DNA of 28,644 nt, from contig DAOVER010000038.1 of NCBI GenBank assembly GCA_030668875.1, positions 1 through 28,644 of the forward strand, written 5' to 3'. Position 1 is the first letter of the stretch. Each line of letters opens with the position of its first letter. The position numbers and the translations under genes are program-made. The notes beneath the pieces were generated by a model that made no database searches, was not told the origin of the DNA, and worked only from the letters and a program-made list of their open reading frames with translations. Of this stretch, positions 1-9,300 are shown one piece after another. This DNA comes from Candidatus Heimdallarchaeota archaeon (GTDB lineage: Archaea; Asgardarchaeota; Heimdallarchaeia; Heimdallarchaeales; Heimdallarchaeaceae).

Positions 1-7
1 GCTTACT

Positions 8-21
8 CAAAAGTTTATAAA
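8..21 (+). promoter_or_regulatory. Putative archaeal BRE/TATA promoter
   Basis: CAAAAG followed by TTTATAAA (14-21). A start about 25 nt downstream falls at 41-45, the beginning of a hairpin. Confidence 0.45.
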
Positions 22-40
22 AGCTCTTACCATATTTTCT

Positions 41-167
41 ATAGAGGTGTGGTTTTGTTTTGTTCATACTAACAAACCATATGCACCTCTATTTTCTCTT
101 TGTATTACCGACAAAAAAGGTGTTCAAGTACTGGTACAAAAATCAAGTTGATGGTTAGCCTTTTTTT
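41..167 (+). ncRNA. Candidate small structured RNA or 5' leader
   Basis: Stem ATAGAGGTG(41-49)/CACCTCTAT(84-92) with an inner GGTTT-TGTT/AACA-AACC stem. Second stem AAAAAAGG(113-120)/CCTTTTTT(159-166) ends in a 7-T run. No family recognised. Confidence 0.25.
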
Positions 168-231
168 AATGCTGAAAGCAAATACTTTAAAAATAAAATT
201 GTAAAGAAGAAATTGTTAGGCGGTGACCTAA

Positions 232-1296
232 ATGAGTTATGAAGTAAATGAAAAATTTTTAGCAAAACTAGTTTCTGTACCACGAGCAACAGGATATGAA
301 TTTCCTGCTCAATTAGAGATGAAATCATATCTCGAAAATGATGTTGATAAGATTACAAGTGATAATTTAGGTAATCTTTGTGCAATAATTAACCCTGATA
401 GTCCTTTCAAGATTATGCTTGCGGGACATATAGATCAAATTGGTTTTCAGATCTCTTATATTGATGACGAAGGTTATCTCTGGTTCCTTCCTTTGGGTGG
501 TTTTGATACTTCAACACTACCCGGAAAACGTGTAAAGGTTTTCAGTGAAAAAGGGGAATTTCTAGGTGTAATAGGAAAGAAAGCAATACATCTAATGAAA
601 CCTGAAGAACGCAAGAAAGCCCCAGAAATGGAAAAACTCTTTATTGATATAGGATGCAAAGATAAGGAAGAAGCATTGATTAAGGTTGATGTTGGAGATT
701 TTGCTGTTTTTGATTATGGATACGCACGCTTAGGTGATAATGGTTTAGCAGTTGCAGCTGGATTTGATGATGCTATAGGTGCTTTTATTGTAGCAGAAAT
801 TATGAGGGAATTAGCAAAAGACAAGAGCTTCTATGCAGGAGTATATGGAGTTTCAACAGTTCAAGAAGAAATAGGTTTAAGGGGAGCTACTGTTGCGGCT
901 AGAAATCTAAAACCTGATGTTGGAATAGCATTTGATGTAGGATTTGCAGCAGATGCACCCGATTTGGAAAAGAAAGCAATAGGTGATACAAAAATGGGTG
1001 GTGGTCCAATTATCTCAATCGGTCCAAATCTTAATCCAATTGTTGTTAAACGTCTCTTTGCAACAGCTGAAAAACTTGGAATACCTTGTCAAAAACATGC
1101 TGCTAATAGAGGAACTGGAACTGATGCAAATGCAATTCAACTTGCAGGTGCTGCAACAGGACTAGTAAGTATACCAAATAGATACATGCATACAGCCTCA
1201 GAACTTATCCACTTAGAAGACGTAAAAAATATCATAAAACTAGTAGTTGAATTCATCAAAGAAATTAAGGAAAAGGATTCATTTCTACCTCTTTAA
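232..1296 (+). CDS. M42 family aminopeptidase (TET/FrvX-like)
   Basis: Metal-ligand motifs AGHIDQIG, GFDDAIG, VQEEIGLRGA, AFDVG and RYMHT. SD-like AGGCGGTGA lies upstream. Confidence 0.95.
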   Translation: MSYEVNEKFLAKLVSVPRATGYEFPAQLEMKSYLENDVDKITSDNLGNLCAIINPDSPFKIMLAGHIDQIGFQISYIDDEGYLWFLPLGGFDTSTLPGKRVKVFSEKGEFLGVIGKKAIHLMKPEERKKAPEMEKLFIDIGCKDKEEALIKVDVGDFAVFDYGYARLGDNGLAVAAGFDDAIGAFIVAEIMRELAKDKSFYAGVYGVSTVQEEIGLRGATVAARNLKPDVGIAFDVGFAADAPDLEKKAIGDTKMGGGPIISIGPNLNPIVVKRLFATAEKLGIPCQKHAANRGTGTDANAIQLAGAATGLVSIPNRYMHTASELIHLEDVKNIIKLVVEFIKEIKEKDSFLPL

Positions 1297-1327
1297 TCTC
1301 TTTTTCATTTTTCAAAAGATTATTAAT
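1297..1327. terminator. T-rich convergent intergenic region, probable terminator
   Basis: TCTCTTTTTCATTTTTC directly follows the peptidase stop, between convergent genes. Confidence 0.4.
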
Positions 1328-2278
1328 TCAATTAGTTATTAGTAAATCACAACTAAGTGTGGAAGAAAAGTCTAGCTGAAAATTATTTGAAACGGAATCC
1401 TTGACTTTTTCGTATAAACTATAGAATTCATTAACATCCTCAAAAGATTGATCTGTTTTGATTTTATCCAAAATATTTGAAAACCCTGATCTATCAAGAA
1501 AATCGTCTTTAGCAATAACTAATAGAGATAAATCCGAATGTGAGATGTAAAGCACCTTATGGCCTTCATAACTTATCTCCTCGAGTAGATCTAATGAATT
1601 ACTTTCAGATTCTTCAAACTTCTTTCTGTATGCGTTAATTGTGTTAATAACTTCATTCCTTTCCCGTGAATTATCATGAATATGTGCTATGTTGCCATTG
1701 ATTTTTACAAAAATATCTAATGAAAGTATTTTATTCTGAAATTTTCTCTTCTCAATAAACTGTTTTACAACCAACCAATTCATAGCTTCAGAGATGTATG
1801 CACCAGATTTTACAGACACGAAGAAGAACCTGAAAGGAGAATCAATAGATTTTAAAGCAATTTCATTTAATCTAAATCCTGAAACAATAGAATTAATCAC
1901 AGCTTCTTTATCTTCAACTAAATCCCATTTGTTAGCTAAAAACAAAATGGGAGCTTTCTTATCTTCTATCCAGGAAAAACATTTCCAGAACCATTCAGCG
2001 CTTTCTTCCATCTGTGATAAATCTGAAGCATCAAAGATATATATTAATCCAGAGGACATTTTGATGTAATTTTCCCAAATATGTGTTCTAAATGCCATAT
2101 GTCCCCCCATATCCCAGATCTGTAAAGGAAGATCCCTATATGAGGCAAATTCTACATCCACTCCAAAAGTAGGTTGGGATTCAACATGATTCCCTGTTAT
2201 GAGTCTCTGTGTGAAACATGTTTTCCCTGCTTTGGGTAATCCAGTAATTGCTATGGTAGTTCTCTTGATTTCAATCAT
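1328..2278 (-). CDS. Arf/Sar1-like small GTPase with C-terminal longin/roadblock-like extension (GTPase 1)
   Basis: G1 GLPKAGKT, G2 PTFG, G3 WDMGGH, G4 NKWD, G5 VSVKSG, then AMNWL and about 140 extra residues. The fold of the extension is inferred. Confidence 0.9.
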   Translation of the reverse strand: MIEIKRTTIAITGLPKAGKTCFTQRLITGNHVESQPTFGVDVEFASYRDLPLQIWDMGGHMAFRTHIWENYIKMSSGLIYIFDASDLSQMEESAEWFWKCFSWIEDKKAPILFLANKWDLVEDKEAVINSIVSGFRLNEIALKSIDSPFRFFFVSVKSGAYISEAMNWLVVKQFIEKRKFQNKILSLDIFVKINGNIAHIHDNSRERNEVINTINAYRKKFEESESNSLDLLEEISYEGHKVLYISHSDLSLLVIAKDDFLDRSGFSNILDKIKTDQSFEDVNEFYSLYEKVKDSVSNNFQLDFSSTLSCDLLITN

Positions 2279-2281
2279 CTC

Positions 2282-3184
2282 TTATTTCTTGTTTAACTGC
2301 TGAAGAAGAGCGATGTTCACAACTTCTTCTAATTGTTCTTTGAAATTTTCAGGAGGGTAAAAGTCATCCTTTATTAGTTGAGCTATAGATAGTGTTGCAA
2401 TAGATAGATCGTCTTTGGACACGTTACTTTCAGCCCCTACAACTACACTGAAATCTTTTTCTTTTCTTATACTTGCGGAACAATCTTGTAGTGAGATCAT
2501 GTTTTCATTTGCACCAAGATCATTCATCTGACCAATGCATTTCTTAATGATTGTCTCATATTCATCATTTTTCTTGGTTACTGATGTCCGATATATGGTT
2601 TCATTGTTCTGATTTAAAATCGATACAAAAGAGATTCTTGTTTCCTCTTTGATATACTCCGCTAGTTTATTGAACATCCATGAAATTGCGTTATCTACAT
2701 TTTCACCTGTTTTAGCTGATGTTTCCCATATTCTAAAGGATCTTTCTGGGTATCTTGAAACATCGTCAAGTTTAAACATATTTATTATTTCTTCAGTTGT
2801 TAGAAATGTGTCATCTTCATCTTTAAGATCTATTTTATTAGCTAGAAACATTAGAACTGCTTTTTTGGAAAGTCTATGTGAAATATATTCAAACCATTGT
2901 TTTGCTTCTGTGAATTTGCTCCTGTCAAAAATATCAAATACGAAAATAGCCCCCTTTGCTAAAGTTGTGTAATATTGCCACATTGTTTCACGAAAATGAA
3001 GCTGCCCACCAATATCTATAGCTTGGAAATCCAATCCTTTGTGTTTTAACATCTCAACATTCATACCAATGGTAGTCAAAGTCTCAGCAAATTTCATTCC
3101 TGAGATGTTTCTTAAGAGAGTGGTTTTTCCTGCATTCTCTATACCCAGTATCACGATATTGACTGGTTGTTTTCTAGTTCCCAT
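2282..3184 (-). CDS. Arf-like small GTPase with C-terminal longin-like domain (GTPase 2)
   Basis: G1 GIENAGKT, G2 TTIG, G3 DIGGQ, G4 NKID, G5 ETSAKTG. The tail (ISFVSILNQNNETIYRT ... FSVVVGAES ... LSIAQLIKDDF) has a longin-like strand/helix pattern. Confidence 0.9.
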   Translation of the reverse strand: MGTRKQPVNIVILGIENAGKTTLLRNISGMKFAETLTTIGMNVEMLKHKGLDFQAIDIGGQLHFRETMWQYYTTLAKGAIFVFDIFDRSKFTEAKQWFEYISHRLSKKAVLMFLANKIDLKDEDDTFLTTEEIINMFKLDDVSRYPERSFRIWETSAKTGENVDNAISWMFNKLAEYIKEETRISFVSILNQNNETIYRTSVTKKNDEYETIIKKCIGQMNDLGANENMISLQDCSASIRKEKDFSVVVGAESNVSKDDLSIATLSIAQLIKDDFYPPENFKEQLEEVVNIALLQQLNKK

Positions 3185-3186
3185 TA

Positions 3187-3738
3187 TTAAACACTCTTAC
3201 TAATTGTAATTTCCTTAACAGTAAATGAATTTGATATTTTAGATGACGATTCACCTACAACTTTAACTCTGTAATTTGAAACCATTTTATTAGAACTAGG
3301 AACACTTATTTGATGATTAGATTTCAGATTCCTTGAAATTGTCAGTAGTTTTACTTCAGGATTGGACATTTTTATTAATTCAATAATATCTAAGTCTTCT
3401 GTATTGTAGTCTGTTTCATCAAAAAGAATTACTTTGTAATTACCACTGATTATATCTAAAATTTCATCTACGTTAGATATAGTTGTAACTGAAAAACCTT
3501 GCTTTCTTAATATTATCTCGAAAAGATATCTTGTTTGAAAGTTTCTAGCAACAACTAAAACATCTCTGTTTATATTTCTATATCGAAATCTTGGTAACTT
3601 AAGTTTAGATTTTAAAAAATCATTAAATTGCTTGATTAATTTTTTGTCAGATTTCTCTGAAACTAGGTCTAAATTGCCTCTTGTAGAATCATTAGAAGTT
3701 TCACTTTCTTCTTTGACATTTTTATTTTTAGAGCTCAA
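3187..3738 (-). CDS. Atypical (pseudo-) receiver domain protein
   Basis: Receiver-like pattern VLVV ... ILRKQGFSV ... VILFD ... IIELIKMSNPEVKLLTIS. The acidic pair is replaced by ARN and there is no KP motif. TTG start with strong SD GAGGAGG. Confidence 0.7.
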   Translation of the reverse strand: MSSKNKNVKEESETSNDSTRGNLDLVSEKSDKKLIKQFNDFLKSKLKLPRFRYRNINRDVLVVARNFQTRYLFEIILRKQGFSVTTISNVDEILDIISGNYKVILFDETDYNTEDLDIIELIKMSNPEVKLLTISRNLKSNHQISVPSSNKMVSNYRVKVVGESSSKISNSFTVKEITISKSV

Positions 3739-3819
3739 TTTGACTCCTCCTCTTGTTCTATAAGTTTTTTTTCAATTGATAATAGCTTATTTAGTAATAA
3801 CACTATATTGAAAGAGATG

Positions 3820-3845
3820 TGAAAAAACATGGAAAAACATGGAAA
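3820..3845 (-). promoter_or_regulatory. 10-bp-period T-tract motif, copy 1
   Basis: Plus strand TGAAAAAACAT GGAAAAACAT GGAAA. Related copies occur at 10639, 14477 and 17845. Confidence 0.55.
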
Positions 3846-3849
3846 GAGC

Positions 3850-5295
3850 TTAGAATCCATTTTCCTCTCTATTCTTCAGCTTAATCTCGAAAATTGTGCC
3901 TTTAGGAAAATTATCCTTAAGAGTAATCTCTCCTCCATACCTCTCTATGGTTTTCTTGACAATATATAACCCAAGACCAGTTCCAGCTGTAGTACCATGC
4001 TTAAAACTACGCTCAAATACATGGGTCTTATGTTCATTCAAGATACCAGAACCATTATCAGCTATCCTTATCGTGCAAAAGCCATTACTAGATTTTATTG
4101 AAATTTTGATTATATCAGCTTGACCATGTTTAATAGCATTACTTATAATATTATCAATTACTGAAGTGAAAGCTGCATCAACATATAAACTACAGCTACC
4201 TTCAATCTCAAAAGTGATATTAAAGGGTGAATAACTTGAAATAGTATTGTTAAATAACTCTTTAGAATTTACTTCTGTTAGACTTTCTTTTTGAATAAAC
4301 GCTCTCTCTAGTTCTTCCATTTTTTGAATGAGATCGAAACTCTTCTGAGCTGATTTCACTGTCATCTCCAACAATATATTTTCTTTTACATCCTCATAAG
4401 CGGTGATAGCCCCCATTATGACAGAAAGGTTATTATTTAAATCATGACGTAAAATGCTATTAATTATCTTTAATGATTCATTAAGATTCTTGATTTCTTC
4501 CTCAGCTTCTAAACGCTCAGTTAAATCTCTGGCTACTGTCAGAATAACTCTTTCCCCTTCTAGATTGAAAAAGTTGGATCGGATTTCAACAGGTATTTGT
4601 TTCCCTGTTTTGCTGATTAGTATTGTTTCAAAAGTTCCTTGTTCTTCTTCTATAATTTTACGAATTATCTCTTTATTAGTTGTTTTTGCTTCAGGAGCAG
4701 TGATATCTAGCGAACTCATTTCAAGTAATTCCTCCCCTGTATATTCAAGAATACTACACGCTAAATCATTCACTTCAATGAAATCACTTAGAAATTCGTC
4801 TCCACTTATTCTTGAAAGAAACACCGCATCATTCGCATAATTAAACAGTTCTCTGAACTTCTTTTCAAACATTTTTGATGAATCAAGTGTTATTTGTTGT
4901 TCAGTGTAATCAATTGTTAATATTAAGTGAGTATTGGTTTTTTCTCTTCCCTTAAGGACAGTATATTTGTTGTTTAAGTATCTTCTTTCTCCATCTCCTC
5001 TAATGATCCAAAATTGAAGTTCTGTGGGTATTTGGCCTGTTTTAAGTGATGAATTAATTGTTTTGTTAACCCTGTCCGCATCTTCAGGAACAACATAATC
5101 TAGTATAGAAAAAATCCTGGTTTCTTCCCCATCAGTTATACCGAAAATCTCTTTTGATTCTTTGTTCATGAAGATATAATGTCCATTTTCTATTATTGAA
5201 ATACCAACTTGAATATTGTCGCTAATATCTCTGAAAATATCTTCACTTATGGAAAACATTTGATTTTCTTGATTTTTATTCTCTTGAACTTTCAT
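3850..5295 (-). CDS. Cytoplasmic 2xPAS sensor histidine kinase
   Basis: Two PAS domains, H-box ILRHDLNN, N-box NIISNAIKHG, G1 DNGSGI, G2 GTGLGLYIV. No obvious transmembrane segment. Confidence 0.93.
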   Translation of the reverse strand: MKVQENKNQENQMFSISEDIFRDISDNIQVGISIIENGHYIFMNKESKEIFGITDGEETRIFSILDYVVPEDADRVNKTINSSLKTGQIPTELQFWIIRGDGERRYLNNKYTVLKGREKTNTHLILTIDYTEQQITLDSSKMFEKKFRELFNYANDAVFLSRISGDEFLSDFIEVNDLACSILEYTGEELLEMSSLDITAPEAKTTNKEIIRKIIEEEQGTFETILISKTGKQIPVEIRSNFFNLEGERVILTVARDLTERLEAEEEIKNLNESLKIINSILRHDLNNNLSVIMGAITAYEDVKENILLEMTVKSAQKSFDLIQKMEELERAFIQKESLTEVNSKELFNNTISSYSPFNITFEIEGSCSLYVDAAFTSVIDNIISNAIKHGQADIIKISIKSSNGFCTIRIADNGSGILNEHKTHVFERSFKHGTTAGTGLGLYIVKKTIERYGGEITLKDNFPKGTIFEIKLKNREENGF

Positions 5296-5444
5296 ACTTC
5301 AACCTCTAATTTGTTGATTGTTTCCCAATCTGGATTGTTTGATTGAACATATTTGAATATACTTTTTCACAGCTCTATTCACCTCTTTTTCTTCAGCTTT
5401 TCTATTATAATTTTAATATTTTCTACACTGTGGACTGAAACACC

Positions 5445-5885
5445 CTATTGTGCAATAATCTCCCTACTTCGTTTTTCTAGAGTTATCTGATCATTCAGTA
5501 CTCCATTAACATATTCTAGCAGTAATGTAGTTGAAAATGGTTTATTCAAAACAGGTATTCCTTCAGGAAGTTCTTGATTTGTATATCCAGTAATTGCTAT
5601 ACATTTCACTCCGGGATTTTGTTTCCTTAACCTTCGGATTAATTCTACTCCTCCCATTTCTGGCATTATAAGGTCTGTAATTACTAGGTCGTATGATTTG
5701 TTATATAAATTCAGTGCTGTTCTACCATCTAAAGTAGAGATGACTTCATATCCTAATCTTTCCAACAATATTTTAATAACTAAATTAACTTCTTCATTAT
5801 CTTCAACTAGAAGGATTCGAACTGTTTTATTATTGTGTTTATATTTTCTGAAATCATCACTGTTTAGAGTTACTTTGATTACCAT
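5445..5885 (-). CDS. Single-domain response regulator (receiver)
   Basis: ILLVEDN, phospho-Asp in TDLIMP, ITG and NKPF are all intact. Confidence 0.92.
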   Translation of the reverse strand: MVIKVTLNSDDFRKYKHNNKTVRILLVEDNEEVNLVIKILLERLGYEVISTLDGRTALNLYNKSYDLVITDLIMPEMGGVELIRRLRKQNPGVKCIAITGYTNQELPEGIPVLNKPFSTTLLLEYVNGVLNDQITLEKRSREIIAQ

Positions 5886-5916
5886 TTTTTCTGCCTCCTT
5901 GTTCCTTTGATATTTC

Positions 5917-6318
5917 TTATGCTGTTGCGAGTCTTTCGTTTAAGATCGCAACGAGTTTTTTACTCCCAATTGGTTTATGAAGAACCTCAATATCTTGAGG
6001 AACAGTTATATTAGAAAAACCTGTTATAGCAATACATCTCAGATTTGGATCCTTTTTCTGCAGCTCTTGAATTAGTTCAATTCCATCCATTTTCGGCATG
6101 ATAATATCTGTTAAGACCAGATCAATAGTCTTATCAAACAATTGCAATGCTTCGGAACCATTAATCGCTTCGACAACATCAAATTGGCATTTTCTAAGAA
6201 TTAGTGTAGTTATCTCACGTAGCTTATCGTCATCCTCTACTAGTAAAATTCTTTTCTTTTCACTGTATTTACTGACAAGGTTTTCCTTCCTTTTGTAAAC
6301 ATGAATTTTAACCACCAT
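5917..6318 (-). CDS. Single-domain response regulator (receiver)
   Basis: ILLVEDD, TDIIMP, ITG, HKPI. Start placed at ATG 6318 (GAGAGG SD, overlaps the kinase stop); the ORF track extends to 6333. Confidence 0.9.
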   Translation of the reverse strand: MVVKIHVYKRKENLVSKYSEKKRILLVEDDDKLREITTLILRKCQFDVVEAINGSEALQLFDKTIDLVLTDIIMPKMDGIELIQELQKKDPNLRCIAITGFSNITVPQDIEVLHKPIGSKKLVAILNERLATA

Positions 6319-9300
6319 CCTCTCTTTTTTCATTCTGAGCTTTCTTTTCTTGACAATTTACCTGATCAAGTTCGTTTTGAACGTAGTTGACTATTTTTGA
6401 AGCTGTCATGGGTTTATTCAGAACTTTGACACCTTCTGGAACATGTACATCTGAATATCCTGTCATAGCTAAACATTTTATTTGAGGATTGATTTCTAAC
6501 AACTTCTCAATCAGTCTCTCTCCTCCCATAGTAGGCATAATAATATCTGTTAAGACTAGATCAAAAGAATCGTTATATAAGTCTAAAGCATTTTTCCCGT
6601 TTTCTGCAGTAACTACAGTATATCCGTAGTTCTCTAACATCATTTTTGTAATCTCTCTTACATCTTCATCGTCTTCAACTAGTAAAATTCTTCCTTCTCC
6701 ATTGCTTGCTGATTCCACAATCTCTTCTTCTATCAACCCCTCATGCTTTGGAATGTAGATGTGAAATTTTGTTCCTTCTTTCAATTCACTTTCCACATTA
6801 ATATAACCATTAGACTGCCTAACTATACCATAAACCTGTGCTAACCCTAACCCACTTCCTTTTCCTGGGTCCTTTGTAGTGAAAAAGGGTTCAAAGATCA
6901 TCTTTCTTGTTTGTTCATTCATCCCTTCCCCATTGTCTTCAATAATAAGCTGAATGTATTCTCGATTTTTGTCTATTTCTATTTCTTCAAAGTCCACTAT
7001 CTTTGAATGATCAATTTCTTCTACAGTGATATTGATTTTACCTCCACGAACAAGAGCATCTCTAGAATTCAATATGAGATTCATAAAAAGCTGTTGTAAT
7101 TGAACTCGATCTATTAAAACTGTCCAATCCTGTGTATTGGCAGATAAAATAATATTTTCCGGTAAGGACGATCTAATAACTCTGGAAAATTCTGTAATGA
7201 AATCAAGTATTGAAACAGGTTTTGGTTTAATCACTGTTTGTCTTGTAAAGTCTAACATCTGTCTTATCAATGATGCCCCTCTCTCACTTTGCTTGATTAT
7301 TAAATTCAGAAACTCTTTTGACTCTATATTTTCAGCATTCATTAAGGAGAAATCTGCTGCACCAATTATAGAAGCAAGAATATTGTTAAAATCATGAGCG
7401 ATACCACCAATCATCTTTCCTAATGTAGCTAATCTCTCTTGATGTAGTATCTTTTTCTGCATCTCTTTTTCTTCAGTTATGTCATGAATAGTTAGTAGCC
7501 AACCATGAACAAAATCACTCTTTATTGGACTCATAGAAACATAATAGGTATTACCATTCAGAGATAATTCCTTTTTGCCAAATTGCTTTAGCTCTTCAAG
7601 GTTTAATATTTCATTGTTTATTTCATCAGTCTTTGAATCTTTGATCATCTCTAAAAATCTACTTGCAGCTTTATTCACCATTACTACAGATTCGTGACTA
7701 TTCAAGAGAATGACACCGTCGGAAGTATGATCAAGAACTGCCTCTAATTCATCCTTTGCTGTTATAATTACTTTTAATCTTTGAAGAGTATGAGAAATGC
7801 TGTCTGCTATTTTATACAAGAACCAGATCTCTTCTTCAATATAAGCATCCTTTTGTTCTGAACCTATAACAATATATCCAACAACCTTATCCTCTGCAAT
7901 AAGCGGTATAGATATATGAGATGAAATTTTTTGAAGATTCTTCTCATTTGATGTAATAATAGTTATAGAATCGCGATTGGTTGAAGCATCAGGATTTATT
8001 TCTACAAATTCATCCTTAACTGTTTTTAGAAAATCATCGATTACTTCTTTATTACACTTTGGTGCTCCAATTTGAATGAGGTTTAATTCCTCTTGAGTTA
8101 TTAGTTGGACAATGATGTCATAATCAATTAACTGTGAAATATGCTTGGAAATAATTTCCATGGCTTCTTTTAAATCAAAAGTTTCAGATATATCTTTAAT
8201 AATATTGTACAATGTTTCCATTTGGTAAGTTCTCTGAATAACCTTCTCTTCTAGTTCTTCATTCAACTTACTTAATTTCTCTTCAGATTTTTTCCTTTCA
8301 GAAATATCTCTAGCGATTGTTAATACCATTTGATTGTTGTGATAATGAAAAGTATGAGCACTAACTTCAACTGGAATTATTTTCCCTTCTTTTGTACAAT
8401 GAGTCCCTTCAAAGGTTAGGTTTTTTAACGTTGTAAGTTTGCTAATTATCTCTGGAAGTTGCTTTTTAATTTCCTTTGAGGCTATATCAACAGGAGACAT
8501 TTTTCTGAACTCATCTTTAGTATAACCTAGCATATTACAGGCAACATCATTAACTTCAATAAAATTTGATGGCATCTGATCATCAATACTATAAAGATAT
8601 ATTGCATCATTAGCGTTATTAAAAATCATCCTGTATTTTTCTTCGCTGTCTTTAAGTTCTCTTTGAGTTTTTCTTATTTCAGTAACATCTTTTCCAGAAC
8701 TTAAAGTTCTTATAATTGTTCCTTCTTCATCCCTAATGAAAGTATTATCCCATGCTATTAGTCTCTCTTCACCATCTTTAGTGAGAATGAAGTTTTCATG
8801 GGACTCAGATTGTGTTAGTTTACCAGTTAATAATTCTTGATAAATTTCTTTTGTTTCTTCTCGAACTCTCTTAGGTAGAAAGTTTTCAAACCAATTTTTT
8901 CCAATTATCTCTTCGTGTTCATAGCCTAATAGTTCACAACCCCTTTTGTTGATTAATATAACATTTTCATTTGAATCAATTAAAGTTAGGATGGTATTTG
9001 CAATGTCTAGATATTTTTTTGTTGTTTCTCTTTCTTTCTCTAATTCTAATCTCATTTTGCGTTTTTCTGTGATATCTTCAAATAATACTGCAACATGATC
9101 TTTCATTGGAGAAAAAGATTTAGCTAAAAACCATTTACCAAGATTTTTGTTATAGTACTCTGATATTACAGTCTGTCCTGTTATCACGGTTCTTCCTAGA
9201 ATTACTATTGGATTAACCTCTTGTTTCTTCACGTTAGGATAGATTTCTGTTATTTTCTTGCCAATTATTTCATCTCTCTTCTTCTTAGTTAATTTTTCGT

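Noticed and set aside
41-180. Lysine riboswitch suggested by ATAGAGGTG
   Set aside because: The motif pairs with 84-92 in a simple hairpin, and I could not find the other riboswitch helices.
3176-3184. N-myristoylation signal (Met-Gly) on GTPase 2
   Set aside because: Position 6 is Gln rather than Ser/Thr, there is no Arf-type N-terminal amphipathic helix, and the other paralogues lack Gly2.
3820-3845. CRISPR-like repeat
   Set aside because: The units are 10 bp and contiguous with no spacers, and no cas genes are present.
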